DNA of 64,000 nucleotides from Escherichia coli (GTDB lineage Bacteria; Pseudomonadota; Gammaproteobacteria; Enterobacterales; Enterobacteriaceae): NCBI RefSeq assembly GCF_003018255.1, contig NZ_CP027440.1; one strand, 5' to 3'. Shown piece by piece: positions 56,550 to 64,000 of this stretch (position 1 is its first letter; each line of letters starts with the position of its first letter). The notes under the pieces were generated by a model. It saw only the letters and a program-made list of their open reading frames with translations, ran no database searches and was not told where the DNA came from. The position numbers and the translations under genes were made by a program.

Positions 56550-58199
56550 TTAGTCCATTAATAATTGTCGGGTAAGCGTTTCGATATAGTTCTCATCAAG
56601 CCCGGTGGGATAACCATCAAAGGCCAGGTGCAGATACTCATGGGTTAAATCCAGCCGATCCTGAAGCGTAAAGAAGTTACGAATAAACAGCCGTTTCTGC
56701 TGCCGATCGGTATAGGGGAAACCTGAGACTAAACGGCAAACCGCAAACACGTCTGGTTCGTTGTACCCCGTCTCACCTTGTAATATACGCCGCCACTGCG
56801 GCATTTTTTTCGCCAGCCAGGCTTTCGCTTTGGGTAATAACTGGCAGGTTGAGCGTGGCGCTCCCCAGCGGCTAAGGCTATTGTCGGGATAAGCAAACGC
56901 GAGTATCTGATCGTAACGCTCTCCCTGCCCCGCCTGGGCCGTGGCTTGCCGCCAGGAAAGCGTCCCTTCGGTAGCGCGACTGCCGTGATAATGAACCGGA
57001 TCGCCCGCATAGATAAGATCCTGCGTCCAGGCGGTCATCGTTCGCGCCCCCGTGGTAGCTGGCGAAGCAGAAACACGCTGCGTGGCGCTGCTGTCAGGGA
57101 TGGTCAGGCAATCGCCTTCCCGATTGGCGTTTTGCTGTAAAAAAGTGCGTATCGCCACGGTCATGGCTTTCGCTGCCTCAGGTGGCGTACTTTTCGCCTC
57201 ACGATCCAGAACTCTGGCAACGTACTCTTCACGATCGAGATGCGACTGCAATTTCAGTTTGCCCTTTTCGCTCAGTAAGGTCGTCTCACCGTGGCTGACA
57301 AACATAATGTGGTTACCATTGGCAAACGTCACACGATAGCGCCCATTAAGTACGCCGGGTTTTACTGCCGTCGAACTCTTTTCCGCCGTGATTTTCTTCA
57401 GCGGATAGCGGGCAAACAGCTCCACCAGGACACATTGCCCACTGGCAACTTGCGTCGGCACTGGCAAAACCCGATTAAGCACCGTCGCATAACGGGTCAG
57501 TACCGTTTTGCTGGTGCCACTGCCAGTCACCCACAGCGGTGTACCATCGGTTAACCAGCCGGCAAAACCACCCTGACGGATTTCCTGTTTATCATCGGCA
57601 AACCAGCTCCAGGTTTTCACCCGTACCCGACTGCCGAGCATGGATGCGACACCGATTTTCGCCTCGTCCAGCACCACATCCAGTAAGACTTCCTGAGCTT
57701 TGTTTTGCGCAGGTAACGTCGCTAATGAATCAAGCAGCGAGTTAACCGTTACCGAGGTTTCTGGCTTCAGCGTAGTAAGAGACGCTAACCACGCAGGTGC
57801 CTGACGCTGTTGCCAATATTGCCCCCACACATCTGCGCCAATATGCAACCGCTGCGGCGCAAAATAGAGCCCACAGGAACGTACCAGCGCGGTATCGCGC
57901 GTTATACTCTCCCCAGCCTGACAACAATAAACCTCTTCCGGGGAGTTTCCGCGACACTGGTAGGGCTGCTCCGGTTGATGGGTATCCTCCAGCCAGGCGT
58001 AAACATACAGTTTCCACAAACTCCCTAACGGCGTGGTGAGCGTGTCAGGTAATGCCGAGACTTTGGTCACGCCTGATGACGACAGCTGATACAGTTGATC
58101 GTGCTGCGCACCGCGCAGCACCAGTTGTAACGGCGTCTCCTCCGCAAGCGTTGGCAGAGTAACCAACGCCAATAGCCAGACGATTCTGCGCCAGTTCAC
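56550..58199 (-). CDS. yfaQ: secreted protein of unknown function YfaQ (DUF2300 as recalled)
   Basis: 549 aa; signal peptide MNWRRIVWLLALVTLPTLA; start abuts yfaS stop. Confidence 0.8.
   Translation of the reverse strand: MNWRRIVWLLALVTLPTLAEETPLQLVLRGAQHDQLYQLSSSGVTKVSALPDTLTTPLGSLWKLYVYAWLEDTHQPEQPYQCRGNSPEEVYCCQAGESITRDTALVRSCGLYFAPQRLHIGADVWGQYWQQRQAPAWLASLTTLKPETSVTVNSLLDSLATLPAQNKAQEVLLDVVLDEAKIGVASMLGSRVRVKTWSWFADDKQEIRQGGFAGWLTDGTPLWVTGSGTSKTVLTRYATVLNRVLPVPTQVASGQCVLVELFARYPLKKITAEKSSTAVKPGVLNGRYRVTFANGNHIMFVSHGETTLLSEKGKLKLQSHLDREEYVARVLDREAKSTPPEAAKAMTVAIRTFLQQNANREGDCLTIPDSSATQRVSASPATTGARTMTAWTQDLIYAGDPVHYHGSRATEGTLSWRQATAQAGQGERYDQILAFAYPDNSLSRWGAPRSTCQLLPKAKAWLAKKMPQWRRILQGETGYNEPDVFAVCRLVSGFPYTDRQQKRLFIRNFFTLQDRLDLTHEYLHLAFDGYPTGLDENYIETLTRQLLMD

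Positions 58200-64000
<5,801 letters not shown>

Overview
This window is a contiguous stretch of Escherichia coli core chromosome (about 49-50 min on the K-12 map), running from yeiR to the 3' part of yfaA. I identified genes by ORF length, motifs read directly from the translations, and gene order recalled from E. coli K-12; no database search was run. Content in order: yeiR, lpxT, mepS, rtn, the yejABEF peptide/microcin C ABC importer, yejG, bcr, rsuA, yejH(radD), rplY, yejK, yejL, yejM, tRNA-Pro (proL), a decayed autotransporter remnant (yejO), narP, the long minus-strand operon napFDAGHBC-ccmABCDEFGH, a small ORF (yojO) overlapping the napF control region, eco, mqo, yojI, alkB-ada, apbE, ompC with divergent micF sRNA, rcsD-rcsB, rcsC, atoSC-atoDAEB, and the yfaA-yfaT-yfaS-yfaQ-yfaP cluster. 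I found no CRISPR array, IS element, integrase, prophage or recognisable defence island. The strain is not K-12 MG1655 as I remember it: yfaS is an uninterrupted 1539-codon ORF, OmpC is 376 aa with divergent loop segments, and the proL-narP interval holds only a ~0.8 kb yejO remnant with no IS5. I do not see a wholly new gene system. The best candidate for under-described biology is the five-gene secreted yfa cluster built around a thioester-less alpha-2-macroglobulin-family protein. Secondary curiosities are the yejO remnant beside proL, a strong stem-loop with a masked 18-codon ORF after lpxT, and the yojO ORF sitting on the NarP/FNR sites of napF.
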